DNA of 64,000 nucleotides from an uncultured virus (IMG/VR IMGVR_UViG_3300030329_002885) (IMGVR_UViG_3300030329_002885); one strand, 5' to 3'. Shown: positions 25,238 to 36,599, counted from the first letter of the stretch. Numbers and translations: made by a program. The notes: generated from the sequence alone by a model not told the origin.

Positions 25238-26050
25238 ATGAGTAAAAAAATTTTTATTAGGAGAAAGGATCTAGGAGGTCACTTACCTAAAGCAGTAAGA
25301 GCAGAAGCGACAATGAAATTAAGTAGTGTATTTGTAAATAGACAACCACTTAAAGGATTTAGCACTGATGAAGAAAAAAAGTATATGCAAGGAATATTAG
25401 ATGTTTCACCTGATCATGTTGATTGGCCTAAACACTCTAAAGAATTTTGGGCAGAACTTACAATTCCTGTAGGATTTACAGGAGTAGAATTAGAGATTGG
25501 TAAAGATATTGATGGTATGCCATTAAATATTATGGATTTTATTAAGTACAATTTTGCACTTAAACATCCACATGTAGCTTTAACAAAATCTGAAATGGAT
25601 AGTAATTTTAATAAAAGATTTTATATCCAAGATCTTTCAAGAGAAGATAAAGTTAAAAACACTGTTATTAAACTTAAGAAAGATGCGGATAAAGAGTTTA
25701 TTAAAGTTTCTTCTAATGTTAAAAATATGAAAAGAATTTTAAGATTAATATCTAATAGTAATCCTGATAGGATGACTGATGATCAAATTGAAAATGCTCT
25801 TTATGAAATTAAAAATAACGAGCCTAAGAGATTTGTAAGAATTGCAACAGATAAAAACTTAGAACTTAAAGCTGAGATTGAAGAAATGGTTTCTGCTGGA
25901 GTTTTAAGAAAAATTGGAAATCAAGTAATTTTTATTGATGAAGTTTTAGGGGACACAATAGAAGATGCGGTTGTTCATCTTAAAGATAAAAAGAATTCTG
26001 GAAAATTAACTATTTTAAGAGCAAAACTAAAAGAGTTATCATTAGTATAA
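25238..26050 (+). CDS. Conserved crAss-like structural protein downstream of MCP
   Basis: PLNIMDFIKYNFALKHP.VA and G.L...GN......LG..E.AV..L motifs; position after MCP. Confidence 0.65.
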   Translation: MSKKIFIRRKDLGGHLPKAVRAEATMKLSSVFVNRQPLKGFSTDEEKKYMQGILDVSPDHVDWPKHSKEFWAELTIPVGFTGVELEIGKDIDGMPLNIMDFIKYNFALKHPHVALTKSEMDSNFNKRFYIQDLSREDKVKNTVIKLKKDADKEFIKVSSNVKNMKRILRLISNSNPDRMTDDQIENALYEIKNNEPKRFVRIATDKNLELKAEIEEMVSAGVLRKIGNQVIFIDEVLGDTIEDAVVHLKDKKNSGKLTILRAKLKELSLV

Positions 26051-26051
26051 T

Positions 26052-27209
26052 ATGAATGTAAATCAAATGCATATAGCAGTTCAGCAAGGAGTGGATAAAA
26101 TAAATTCACTCCAAGCTGATATGCTTTTATCTCAAGAAATAGATATAGAATTAAATAAATCTATGTCTAGGTTTATTAATAGTAAGTATGGGAAAAATAA
26201 TATTTATAGAAAAGGATTTGAAGAAAGTCAAAAAAGAATTGACGATCTTCGTAGCCTAGTTACAGAATATGAAGCTCCTGCTTTTTTTAAAGAAGAGTAT
26301 CGTAATTTTTTTATAGATCAATTTAAACTTCCTGCAGATTATTTATATTTAGTAAATCAGAGATCTGAAATTTTTAAAAATGATTGCAATACAATAGCAT
26401 ATAGTATAGATCAGGATCATCCTGCATCATACTTTGTTGTGCCGTTTCATACTTTAATAAAAGAAACATCTGATGGAACTTTATTATCCGAAGGAATGGG
26501 AATATTTGCAGATATTACAGATCCTAGTCTTGGACACAGCATTATATCAATTACTCAAAATTTTGTTTATCCAGATGATATATCTGCTTTAAGAGATCAC
26601 TACTTAGATCCTAGTAATATTTTACCTGGGTTTGAAGTATTTTGGGAACAGTATGGAAATTTAGATTTTCCTAATTCTTTTATAGTTATAGTAGACACTA
26701 ATACTCATAGTTATTTTAATTGGGATGCTTCTGTTGGTACAAATTTAATTACTAATCTAGTTGTAGCTTTTGATGGAGCTACTAGTGTTACAGATGCAAA
26801 TTTTAATAATTATGTATACCCACAATATAGTGAAAATACTTTAGGGGGTAAAAGAATTCCTACTTCAAACGAAGTTACAAGAGAATTAACATATAATAAA
26901 TTTATACAACAGGATGATATATTTAAGCTTTTAGATGACCCTTTTAACACTACAAAACCATCATCTCCATTAACTACTATTAGAGGAGAGTATATAGATA
27001 TATATACGAGTGATATATTTATAATAGACAACGTAAAAATAACGTATATAAGAAAACCTAAAGAAATTTCACTAACTTTGGGGATTAGCTGTGAGCTGCC
27101 TTCGCACACTCATCAAGAGATTGTAGATAGAACAGTAAGCAGTATTTTAGAGGGAATTAGTGACCCTCGATACCAATCTCATGAACTTGAGGTTAGGAAA
27201 AATGAATAA
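26052..27209 (+). CDS. Tail ring or adaptor protein
   Basis: EID..LN, GFEESQKRIDDL, YIRKP, CELPSHTHQEIV. Confidence 0.7.
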   Translation: MNVNQMHIAVQQGVDKINSLQADMLLSQEIDIELNKSMSRFINSKYGKNNIYRKGFEESQKRIDDLRSLVTEYEAPAFFKEEYRNFFIDQFKLPADYLYLVNQRSEIFKNDCNTIAYSIDQDHPASYFVVPFHTLIKETSDGTLLSEGMGIFADITDPSLGHSIISITQNFVYPDDISALRDHYLDPSNILPGFEVFWEQYGNLDFPNSFIVIVDTNTHSYFNWDASVGTNLITNLVVAFDGATSVTDANFNNYVYPQYSENTLGGKRIPTSNEVTRELTYNKFIQQDDIFKLLDDPFNTTKPSSPLTTIRGEYIDIYTSDIFIIDNVKITYIRKPKEISLTLGISCELPSHTHQEIVDRTVSSILEGISDPRYQSHELEVRKNE

Positions 27210-27233
27210 TTATTAATTTAAAAAAATAAAAAA

Positions 27234-28172
27234 ATGGCAAGACATTTAATTATTGGAGATGGTACAGCATATGGAGTAACCAGTGGGTTAGTTGATGATG
27301 GTGCAGTTTCCGTACAAAAAATGAGCTCTGATGGACCAACAGAATTAGTTCTTGGAGACACGTTTGTAGATGCTCCACAAATAAGAATTATAGGAGGTGG
27401 TTCAGACGGTAAAGATATTGTAACTCCTTGGATTTACGGTAGAGATGTAATTAACTGGAGTGGTAAAGCCTATACAGCTGCTGCTTCTCATAAACAAACA
27501 GTAACTTACGCAGGGACTACAACAGAAGCTGCAGATATTGTAATTAAGTTTATTAGAACTGACGGCCCAACTCCTGAGTTTTTTAGCTTTGCTACAGCAA
27601 TAGCTTCAGGACAAGCTCATACAGCTGTAGATGCTACAGTTACAACTGCATATGCTGCACTAGACAATCTTCCTGATTGGTTAGAAACTGCATGTACAGA
27701 CACTGGTAATGCAAACGTATTTGAAGGTTCAATTAGAGGACAAGTAGCTCAAAGTGGTAACACTTGGGATTATGCTCCAGTAACTTTTGAAGTTGTTGCT
27801 GAATCATTACCTGCAGGTTTAACAGCTACAGTATCTGGATTTGGATCTTCTGCAACGCAAGCAGCTATACCTGGATATGGTGATGGATTTGCAGTAAAAG
27901 CTTTTGAAGAAAGTTTAATGGGTGTTTCTCATGGATACTATAACAGAGTTCAATTACCTAATGCTCCTACAGCTCAGGCGGCAACTGGTACTAACTATGA
28001 TATGTATTCTATAGTAGCAACTAAAGACGGATCTTCAGCTTCTCAAATTAATGGTGTTGATAACTTAATTGAACTTAATATTGCATTAGTAGCAGGTAAT
28101 GCTAATAGTTTAGTGGTAGAAAACAAATTAAACGGTTATTTCGCAGGAGTATTCCCTAACGTTATACTGTAA
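27234..28172 (+). CDS. Putative auxiliary capsid or structural protein
   Basis: A/T/G-rich beta protein in the structural operon; resembles crAss-like decoration proteins. Confidence 0.5.
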   Translation: MARHLIIGDGTAYGVTSGLVDDGAVSVQKMSSDGPTELVLGDTFVDAPQIRIIGGGSDGKDIVTPWIYGRDVINWSGKAYTAAASHKQTVTYAGTTTEAADIVIKFIRTDGPTPEFFSFATAIASGQAHTAVDATVTTAYAALDNLPDWLETACTDTGNANVFEGSIRGQVAQSGNTWDYAPVTFEVVAESLPAGLTATVSGFGSSATQAAIPGYGDGFAVKAFEESLMGVSHGYYNRVQLPNAPTAQAATGTNYDMYSIVATKDGSSASQINGVDNLIELNIALVAGNANSLVVENKLNGYFAGVFPNVIL

Positions 28173-28198
28173 TTATTAATCTTTAAAATAAAATAAAA

Positions 28199-28576
28199 AT
28201 GGCAAACAATAAATCAGTCAAAAAAATGACTGCAACAGCAAGTTTTGTTCAAGCAACAGATGCTTCATCTGGAACAGGAGCAAAAACTATTGCAGACACT
28301 ATGAGTATTCCAATTGGTTCTGTTGTAACAGCTTGTATTACAGTACCAAGTGTTAGTTCAAACTCTTCAGATAATAATGAGACATGTACTATCACAGTAG
28401 GTGGAATAAGCGTTTCAGCAGCATTAAACCAAGCAGCTATGGCAGCAGGCAATGTTAATACTGACACTTTAGGTGGTGTAACAACATCATCTGCAAATAT
28501 CGGTTTAACTGTAGCTACATCAGCTTTAACTGCAGGTTCAATGGATATTATCATTGAGTATTACTTATTAGATTAA
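28199..28576 (+). CDS. Small structural (decoration-like) protein
   Basis: IP.G.VV...LTAG...I.IEY pattern. Confidence 0.5.
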   Translation: MANNKSVKKMTATASFVQATDASSGTGAKTIADTMSIPIGSVVTACITVPSVSSNSSDNNETCTITVGGISVSAALNQAAMAAGNVNTDTLGGVTTSSANIGLTVATSALTAGSMDIIIEYYLLD

Positions 28577-28591
28577 TACTTAATTTAACAT

Positions 28592-28634
28592 AAGACTTAT
28601 AGGGGGCATTAGTCCCCCTATTGGTCTTTTTTTT
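28592..28634 (+). terminator. Intrinsic terminator
   Basis: AAGACTTATAGGGGGC-ATTA-GTCCCCCTATTGGTCTT followed by a T run. Confidence 0.85.
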
Positions 28635-28657
28635 AAAATAAACCAAAATAAAAAATT

Positions 28658-29191
28658 ATGGCATTAACTCTAAATGCAGCAGATAGCTGTAAATTTTTAA
28701 CAGTAGGGATAAATTATCAAGTAACTTCTTCTACTAATTTTGTAATAGAGATATTAGATTGGCAAGAAAATGATATATCAGGAACAGTTAATCCTGTATT
28801 TACTTTAACTCCAGCATCTCCTCACATTACTTATCCGATACCAGTTAACTTATTAGATGTTTCAAATGGTATTATTACCGTAATTTTAAAGACGCAAGCA
28901 GGAAATGAAATTCCAGGTGGTAAAAAATCAGTATTACTACACTGTGACATTGACTGTTGTTTAACTAAACTAACAAATGAGCTTATAGATTGTGCTTGTG
29001 ATTGTGCAAAATGTGCAACATCTTTAGCAAAAGCTCAAAAAGTCTTCTTATTACTTAAATCCGCTGATTACGCTATTGTACAAGCAAACGATTCAGCAGA
29101 AGCTCAAAGACCAGGATTTATAGAAGATGGATACAAAAAATATATAAAAGCAAAAGAAATTTGTGATAACAGTTGTGGGTGTGATTGTTAA
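28658..29191 (+). CDS. Cys-rich structural protein (possible tail hub)
   Basis: CDIDCC...CACDCAKC...CDNSCGCDC. Confidence 0.45.
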   Translation: MALTLNAADSCKFLTVGINYQVTSSTNFVIEILDWQENDISGTVNPVFTLTPASPHITYPIPVNLLDVSNGIITVILKTQAGNEIPGGKKSVLLHCDIDCCLTKLTNELIDCACDCAKCATSLAKAQKVFLLLKSADYAIVQANDSAEAQRPGFIEDGYKKYIKAKEICDNSCGCDC

Positions 29192-29209
29192 TCCTAATTA
29201 AATTTATTT

Positions 29210-32200
29210 ATGGCAGAAGAACCAATTAAACCTAGAGTATCAAAGTCAAAAGTTACAAAGACTAAGTCAGTACCTGCTGTAGCTAGTATTTATAGCACTG
29301 AACCTATTATTAAATCTACAAGTAGTAGTTCTGTTAAAGCTGCAACAACACCATCTAAAAAATTAACTATTGAAGAAACAGGTAAAGGGGCTGGTAAACC
29401 TAGATCACAAATTACAGAAGCGTCTTATGCCGGAAAACCTACACAAGCTAATAGTTTTAAAAGTAAAAGCAGTGGAGTTAGGTATATAGCACTAGGAGCA
29501 ATGACTGTAAGTACTATGGGACATATCCAAGTACTTGCTAAATATTACGGGGGTGCTCCTCTTAGTAGTTACGATTTACCAGTTTCTGTTAAAGATATAA
29601 CAGGAGACCAGTTTGATAGTAATGGGACTTATCCTCCACAAGTCAATCAATATACAAGCAATCTTGGTGGTCTTGGTACTCGTTTTTCTCTATCCTACTT
29701 TAACTTTAATAATTATTATGGCTATGGTTTAGCTCCAGATTCAGAAAGAACAATTGAAGTTAAATTTGCATCAAATCATGTAGAAACTTTTAAAATGTTT
29801 CTTCCAGGATTCCAGCATTCTTTTTCAAACCAATGGGCACCAAATAACGCGATGTTTAATGTTGCTGGATCAAGTACGAACTGGTTTAAACTTGGTAATT
29901 GTGAATATCCGGTGCCTACTCCTCATAGTTGGTCAGACTATCACAATCTTGATTTTAATATATCAAATAATAGGCCTTTTCTAAGATTAAATTTTTCTAA
30001 TACTGACAGTGATCCAGATAATAGATTTTCTGAATACGCTGGTTATAGTTTTTTAAATACAGGCCCAAACGCAACTTATGCTTCTAAGGTTAGGGATAAT
30101 TATGAAAATATAGCAAACGCTACAGGAACTTTTTGGTATCCTGCGCCAGGTATAATTGGAGCACAAAGATGGGAGTTACTACAAACTTCAAAATTTACGG
30201 ATCTTGGTGCAATGAATACAGGCGATATATATTATGAAGTTCCTAATGAAGTAAGTTTAGGAACATATAATAGGCCATTTAGTAGTGTATACGGTAGTTT
30301 AGGTGGAAGCGATCATAAAGATAGCTGGATTGTGCATTGGAGATTTTATGCTGAAAATTTACCTGATTGTACTCCTAGAACACTAACAATAGATGGGTGT
30401 ACTGATCCAAATAATATGGCTTATTGGGAATATACAGGACAAGATTGTGCTGGAACTGCTATCCCTGCAAATGTTATAGCAGACCCAAGTATAGCAAATT
30501 GGTCACCAGGAAGTTGTTGTCCTACTTGTATACATGCTTCAGCAGATGATGAAAGTTATAGTACTCAACCTTTAACTCTTAATGTTAACGGTATTGATCC
30601 AACTACTTATGGAGGAACAGATGGTTATATAGATGTAACTATTTTAGATGGAGGATTTAGTGGTGGTATACCTCAAGGATTACCTACAGGTACTGCTAAT
30701 TATACATTTGTTGTACGAAATCAAGATGCTGCTGACACAATGTGTGGAAACACAGCAGGAAAAGGAGTTGGTTCTGGAGCTGTTGCAAATAGTAGTTTTA
30801 CATTTGGATACAATGTTCCGTCTAATTCTAATGGAGGACTTCTTCAAACAGGAGCACCAGGTATTGCTTCTTACGCATCTTCTTCAGCTCAAGGGTATGT
30901 ACCTGGAGGAAGTGATTTAGGAACAACAAATAGTGAAGGATTTAGAGCAGGAACCTATGATGTATATGTATTTGATTCTAGTTCAACTGTTTGTTTAGGG
31001 CAAACTACAGTAACACTTGCTGATCCGCCTTTAACTACAGGATGTGGAGACTCTGGTGCATTAAACTATGATGCAAATGTTGGTCTTAATTTTCCTTCTA
31101 CTTGTCATTTTTGTGAGGCAGCTAACGGACAATTAGTTGATGGTAATGATAATTTTGTTGACGATGTAGCAGTACCTAATTCTGGAAACGGAATTATTGT
31201 TACTTCTCCAACTAATACTACGGCTACAGATGGATCAATTGCTATTAGCTTTGGGGCATCAGCTACTTTTCAAACCTATATAAATAATATAGTTAATGCT
31301 AGTAGTATTCAAAATGTTACCTATAAAATTGAATTATACAAGTGGGATACACAAACAGCTTCTGGTAATTCTACTTGGTCTTCGAGTACTAATTTAACTG
31401 CATTTAATGCAGGAACAACACAAGTTGGAAGTACAATTACTAATCCTACTTCAGCTGGTTGGGTTGAAACGCTTGACTCTAGTAGTTTAGCAGGAACATT
31501 TACTTATGGTTATTATACTGTAAAGCTTTATGTGGTTGACCCAGATGCTACAGTAGAACAAGCAGAGTGTTATGAACTTATTGATGTAATTGTTCCAGTA
31601 CCTGCCTGTGTAGACAGTGGAACAGCTACAGCAGCAGACGGTGTTATAGTTTCAGATTCTAATTTATATTTTCATGATTCAACACTTTGTAATTTAACAA
31701 ATAATTTTTGCTGTAATACTCCTATTCTAGGACAAACAGCTGCGTCAACTACTTGTAATATTAGTTATCAAGTTGATGTTCAATGTACTGATAGTCCAAC
31801 TTTTGTTACTATTACATTACAGTATGATAATAGTGGAATTTGGGTTGATGCAGACACGCAAGTTTTAACTAGTCCAACATCAAATATTCAAGTAACTTAT
31901 CCTCAATTTGTATTTCAAAATAATTATGGAACTGGAAATTATAGAATAGTAGTTTTAAGTCAATATTCAAATTCGCCTGACTGTACTAAATATAGTAATA
32001 CAGCTTATATAGCATTAGGTACTACTGGCTGTACTGATCCTGGTGCAGGAAACTATGACGCTACAGCGCAATGTGATGATGGTAGTTGTTGGAATTGTGT
32101 ATATGGTTGTATGGATTCTGGAGCAACAAATTATAACTCAAATGCAACATGTGATGATGGTTCATGTGCTTATGCTGTACTTGGTTGTACAGATTCAACT

Positions 32201-33565
32201 GCAACTAACTATGATCCAATGGCCACTATTGATGATGGTTCATGTCAATATCTTAATTGTGGATGTACTGATCCTTTAGCTTATAATTATGGGTATAATA
32301 TTGCAGGTCAATTAGTAGGAACTCCACCACCATGTGATGATGGTAATTGTCAGTATTGTGATACTCCTCCATTGCAGGTTTCATTTACAGGAACTCAGGC
32401 TACATGTCTTGATCCAGCTACTTGTACATGGAATTGTGATGCAACTATTGATTTAACAGTAACATCTGCTACAGGATGTACAACGTATACTATTGTTTAT
32501 ATGTATTTCTTCTGTGGTATATCAAATAGTAATGTTTATTTTATACAAAATCAACAATATACTACAGGTACAACAACTTTAACCAACGTATGTCCTGGTC
32601 ATACATGGACTCTTGTGTTAGAAGATTGTAATGGATGTCAACAACAATTAGAGATTACTACATTCGGTGAGCCATGTGGAAATTGTGGTTGTACTGATCC
32701 AGGAGCAATAAATTATGATGCTTCAGCAGTTACAGATGATGGTTCTTGTGAGTATTGTGGATGTACAGATGATGGAGCAATAAATTATAATCCAGGTGCA
32801 ACAGCAAATTGTGATCCAGATAGTTGTATACACCCACCATTATTACCACCATGTATACCTCCAACTATACAACAAACTTATAGTCAAATTGAAACATGTA
32901 TTGCATCTACTGGATTTGATTATTATAAAAAAACACTTTCAGGACAAATTGATGATTGTTCAGTAATGAATTTTTGGAAATTAACATTAATAGATTATCT
33001 ATTAAAAAGAACAGGTTTAGATTGTATATATAATTGTGCAGATGTAAATACTCCCGATGCTGCAGATGTGTATATAAGTTGTGAAGAACTTTGGATAACA
33101 GGAGGAACTACTACAGGATTAAATGATGCAAATGTTAATACACTAGTTCCAGCAGTTGGAACTACATCTAGTGTTGATATGTTTGCTAGTTCTTCACTTA
33201 TAGAGTTGTATCCTGGAGATGTAATAAAACACCATAACAGTGGAAATATTTGGATTTTCTATGGTCCAGCACAAGGATCAACTCCTCAAGGAACTCCAAT
33301 AGCAGGACTAGATCCAGAAAATGCTTCTGGTAACGCTTCAGGGTATTGGGGGTATTGTAATGATAATATGAGATATATATCTAATAGTAATAATATAAAC
33401 TATATCGATAATTTTATTAACTTTGTAAATAAATTTTGTAAAGATTGTAATAATAATTTAAGTTTACCTATAACAGGAATAAGTTTAACTAAATTAGAAA
33501 TGAATAATCAATCTGATGCACTTGATGATATAAATGATAATAATTTTGGAAATATAGAAATATAA
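29210..33565 (+). CDS. Large putative virion protein with GC(T/M)D Cys repeats and SprB-like repeats
   Basis: About 8 GCxD..A.NY...A..DDGSC-type units; DG.I.V...GG...AGTYDVYVFD segment; no signal peptide. Confidence 0.6.
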   Translation: MAEEPIKPRVSKSKVTKTKSVPAVASIYSTEPIIKSTSSSSVKAATTPSKKLTIEETGKGAGKPRSQITEASYAGKPTQANSFKSKSSGVRYIALGAMTVSTMGHIQVLAKYYGGAPLSSYDLPVSVKDITGDQFDSNGTYPPQVNQYTSNLGGLGTRFSLSYFNFNNYYGYGLAPDSERTIEVKFASNHVETFKMFLPGFQHSFSNQWAPNNAMFNVAGSSTNWFKLGNCEYPVPTPHSWSDYHNLDFNISNNRPFLRLNFSNTDSDPDNRFSEYAGYSFLNTGPNATYASKVRDNYENIANATGTFWYPAPGIIGAQRWELLQTSKFTDLGAMNTGDIYYEVPNEVSLGTYNRPFSSVYGSLGGSDHKDSWIVHWRFYAENLPDCTPRTLTIDGCTDPNNMAYWEYTGQDCAGTAIPANVIADPSIANWSPGSCCPTCIHASADDESYSTQPLTLNVNGIDPTTYGGTDGYIDVTILDGGFSGGIPQGLPTGTANYTFVVRNQDAADTMCGNTAGKGVGSGAVANSSFTFGYNVPSNSNGGLLQTGAPGIASYASSSAQGYVPGGSDLGTTNSEGFRAGTYDVYVFDSSSTVCLGQTTVTLADPPLTTGCGDSGALNYDANVGLNFPSTCHFCEAANGQLVDGNDNFVDDVAVPNSGNGIIVTSPTNTTATDGSIAISFGASATFQTYINNIVNASSIQNVTYKIELYKWDTQTASGNSTWSSSTNLTAFNAGTTQVGSTITNPTSAGWVETLDSSSLAGTFTYGYYTVKLYVVDPDATVEQAECYELIDVIVPVPACVDSGTATAADGVIVSDSNLYFHDSTLCNLTNNFCCNTPILGQTAASTTCNISYQVDVQCTDSPTFVTITLQYDNSGIWVDADTQVLTSPTSNIQVTYPQFVFQNNYGTGNYRIVVLSQYSNSPDCTKYSNTAYIALGTTGCTDPGAGNYDATAQCDDGSCWNCVYGCMDSGATNYNSNATCDDGSCAYAVLGCTDSTATNYDPMATIDDGSCQYLNCGCTDPLAYNYGYNIAGQLVGTPPPCDDGNCQYCDTPPLQVSFTGTQATCLDPATCTWNCDATIDLTVTSATGCTTYTIVYMYFFCGISNSNVYFIQNQQYTTGTTTLTNVCPGHTWTLVLEDCNGCQQQLEITTFGEPCGNCGCTDPGAINYDASAVTDDGSCEYCGCTDDGAINYNPGATANCDPDSCIHPPLLPPCIPPTIQQTYSQIETCIASTGFDYYKKTLSGQIDDCSVMNFWKLTLIDYLLKRTGLDCIYNCADVNTPDAADVYISCEELWITGGTTTGLNDANVNTLVPAVGTTSSVDMFASSSLIELYPGDVIKHHNSGNIWIFYGPAQGSTPQGTPIAGLDPENASGNASGYWGYCNDNMRYISNSNNINYIDNFINFVNKFCKDCNNNLSLPITGISLTKLEMNNQSDALDDINDNNFGNIEI

Positions 33566-33576
33566 AAAAATAAAAA

Positions 33577-35004
33577 ATGGCAAAATTAATAGACTTAACA
33601 ACATTAGCAAAAACAAGTGTAGCAAGCACTGACTATTTATTAGTAACTAACGATAACTCAAGGGAATCAAAAAGATTAGCAGTAGAAACTTTATTCCCAT
33701 CTTTTTCTACATTAGGATCTAGCAGTGAAAGTTTATTTGTAAGTGTTACTAATAAAAATCAACTTAATTTTAAAGGAATAAAATCAGGAGATACAGGATT
33801 GCTAACTGTAACTACTTCTTCAAATAATATAGTATTAACAGCCTTAGAAGCTGGTATAGATTTAAGTTTGTGTAATAATACTACTTCAGGATTTATAACT
33901 GGTGTAGATTTTACATCAACAATAACTGGAGAATGTGCAGTATCAAATGGGGGTACAGGATTATCTACTATAGCTAAAGGAGCTTTACTATATGCAAATG
34001 AAACAGATCAAATAGCCGCTACTGCAGCAATGTCTACAAATGGACATTTACTAATAGGTAATGCAACGAATGGGTATCCGTCAGTAGCAACTCTTACGGC
34101 AGGAACTAATATGACTGTTACTAATGGTGCAGGATCAATTACACTTGCAGCTAATCTATCAACTTTAACTGCAGATTTAGATGCTGCTGGTTATGATATT
34201 GATTTACATACAGGATGGTTAAGCGGTGATGGTACTCATGAAGGTATTAATATAGACTCTACTGGTAAAGTATTTATGGGACAATCAACCCCTACAGCAT
34301 TTTTTGAAGACAGTTTAAATATAATAGGAGGAATTAGATTTGCTAATACTTCAGCACCAACAATTAAACCAAATGATTCAGGAGATGGTGTTGTAGGAGC
34401 AAATGTAACAATTCAAGCAGGAGCTAGTAGTAATAGTGCATCAGGACATTTAAATTTAAATGCTGGTACAGCTTCAAGTAGTGGAACAGCAGGATCAGTA
34501 ATACTTACTTCAGGACAATCTGCTAGTGGTACAGACGGAGATATACAATTAAAAACTTATACAGGAAGCTCACCAACAGCTGGATTAACAGTAGCAGCAG
34601 AAGGACAAAACGTAACTGTAAATACTGGTAATCTAATAATTACTGACGCTGCAAAAGGTATTGTACATACAGGCTCTGGAACAGGAACACAAAGTGCAGG
34701 AGCTCTTACTAATGGGGTTACAATTAATGCAACTTCAGGTATAATAACACTATCTGCAACAGGTTTAGCAGCAGCAACAAATGCAGAATTTACATTTACA
34801 AATAGTACAATACAAGCAGATTCTGTTATACTACTTACAATGCAAGATGCAAATACAACTAATAATGCACAACTTACTTGTGCTTTAGTATCTATAAATG
34901 GAAGTGGAGGTGATTGTGTAATTAGTGTACACAATCCAGCAGCAACAGGAACTACTTCTGCAACAGCAAGTAAAATTCACTTTTTAGTGATTAATAATAG
35001 TTAA
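33577..35004 (+). CDS. Tail fiber or spike protein
   Basis: LNFKGIKSG, V.NGGTG, G.LLIGN, LTAGTNMTVTNGAGSIT fiber motifs; G/S/T-rich. Confidence 0.7.
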   Translation: MAKLIDLTTLAKTSVASTDYLLVTNDNSRESKRLAVETLFPSFSTLGSSSESLFVSVTNKNQLNFKGIKSGDTGLLTVTTSSNNIVLTALEAGIDLSLCNNTTSGFITGVDFTSTITGECAVSNGGTGLSTIAKGALLYANETDQIAATAAMSTNGHLLIGNATNGYPSVATLTAGTNMTVTNGAGSITLAANLSTLTADLDAAGYDIDLHTGWLSGDGTHEGINIDSTGKVFMGQSTPTAFFEDSLNIIGGIRFANTSAPTIKPNDSGDGVVGANVTIQAGASSNSASGHLNLNAGTASSSGTAGSVILTSGQSASGTDGDIQLKTYTGSSPTAGLTVAAEGQNVTVNTGNLIITDAAKGIVHTGSGTGTQSAGALTNGVTINATSGIITLSATGLAAATNAEFTFTNSTIQADSVILLTMQDANTTNNAQLTCALVSINGSGGDCVISVHNPAATGTTSATASKIHFLVINNS

Positions 35005-35031
35005 TATTAACCAAAAACAATAAATAGACAA

Positions 35032-35475
35032 ATGGAAACAATTCAAAAAGTAAAAACAATGAAAACAATTAATGCAACAAAAGGAGAATTTGTAAATCTA
35101 ATTAATGGATTATATCAAGTTCAAGAAGTTAAAGGAAAAACCTTTAGCCTCAATGTAAGTAAAAATATTTCTATACTTCATGAAAAACTTAAAGATGTAG
35201 AAAAAGCAGGAACACCTACAGAAGAGTTTTTAGCATTAGCTAAACAAGTTAATGAAATTGCAGGTAAAGAAAGTGAAGAAAACGCTAAAAAGTTAGTAGA
35301 CAAATTAGAAGAAGAAAACAAAGAACTTGTAGATTCTAGAAAAGAGCAACTTGATAAAGTAGCGGAAATGATGAAAGAAGAAGTAAAAATTAAACTGCAC
35401 ATACTTACTGAAGATAGTTTACCAGAAGATATAACTGCTAAACAAATTAATAATATTGTAAAAATAATAGAATAA
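35032..35475 (+). CDS. Helical hypothetical protein (possible fiber chaperone)
   Basis: Charged helical ORF directly after a fiber gene. Confidence 0.5.
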   Translation: METIQKVKTMKTINATKGEFVNLINGLYQVQEVKGKTFSLNVSKNISILHEKLKDVEKAGTPTEEFLALAKQVNEIAGKESEENAKKLVDKLEEENKELVDSRKEQLDKVAEMMKEEVKIKLHILTEDSLPEDITAKQINNIVKIIE

Positions 35476-35483
35476 AATTATAT

Positions 35484-36599
35484 ATGTTTAAAACCTTATT
35501 TTTAACATTTTTAATGTGTGTATCATTTATAGCTAAATCACAAAATGATATAAACTCTTATATAAAAAACTTTAGTTTAAAAGATAATTTAAAAAAACAT
35601 CTAAAGTTTTCTACTGTGTATGGAGCAGTAAATGGAGGAACATCTATTTCTGATGTAAAAACATTTTCTGTAACATCTGGTCAGTTAGAAGAAGGTTTAA
35701 TAGAAACTCCTTATGATTATTCTATTACTGTAGGTATTAGAAAAATAGCTAGATTTGGATATGAGAATAGAGCTAATACATTTTATGATGGTACTGAATC
35801 AAATTATACTGACGCTGCTACTGTAGGTAAAGTACAAGGATTTGAGTATTTATTTGAAATGGATTATGCTAGGCAGCAGGGAATAGATTATATAGATCAA
35901 CATCATTTTATTAGATATAGTTCTGATGATAATTGTGATGGTCCTTTATGTATAAATCACTTTGCTGCAAAAGTAGAATACTTAAAAGATGGATTTGCTG
36001 ATGTAGAGTATTTTGAATTATCAGAAAGATACAGAATAAAAAAGAGTGCAGATTTAGCTTTTAGTGTTGGACTTGCTCATAGATTAGCTGAACCTTATGG
36101 TTATGACCCACTACAAGAATGGATTTTAGATAATGGTAATTTACATTACACTTACTTAGCAATACAAGAAGGTTATACTATTGATGTTGCAAATAGTGAG
36201 TATAAAGATCCTAATGGAAAAGTAGTTGCTACTAGTCCAGAAGTTTGGGAAGAAAATGTAATACCACAAGTAATATCTGACTACTCTGAAAGAAAAAGAA
36301 ATGAATTAGATAATATAATACAACATTCTATTATAGTAGGATTTGACTATTATAAATATTCTAAAAATCAATGGATACATGCTTGGGGTAATTTTTTACC
36401 TTATCATTATAATGATGGTAATGAATTTTCTTATCATAACTATATAGATAATGATCAATGGTATGATTACTCTGCAGGATTAATTTATGGGATTAAAGTA
36501 AATAAACATTTGGGATATTTTGTAGAAGGTAAATATAATAAATATTGGAATCGTGAATGGTACGATTTTAAATTTGGTGTTAATTATATAATATTTTAA
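35484..36599 (+). CDS. Predicted outer-membrane beta-barrel protein
   Basis: Signal peptide MFKTLFLTFLMCVSFIAKS-Q, alternating aromatic strands, C-terminal FKFGVNYIIF (beta-signal-like). Confidence 0.7.
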   Translation: MFKTLFLTFLMCVSFIAKSQNDINSYIKNFSLKDNLKKHLKFSTVYGAVNGGTSISDVKTFSVTSGQLEEGLIETPYDYSITVGIRKIARFGYENRANTFYDGTESNYTDAATVGKVQGFEYLFEMDYARQQGIDYIDQHHFIRYSSDDNCDGPLCINHFAAKVEYLKDGFADVEYFELSERYRIKKSADLAFSVGLAHRLAEPYGYDPLQEWILDNGNLHYTYLAIQEGYTIDVANSEYKDPNGKVVATSPEVWEENVIPQVISDYSERKRNELDNIIQHSIIVGFDYYKYSKNQWIHAWGNFLPYHYNDGNEFSYHNYIDNDQWYDYSAGLIYGIKVNKHLGYFVEGKYNKYWNREWYDFKFGVNYIIF

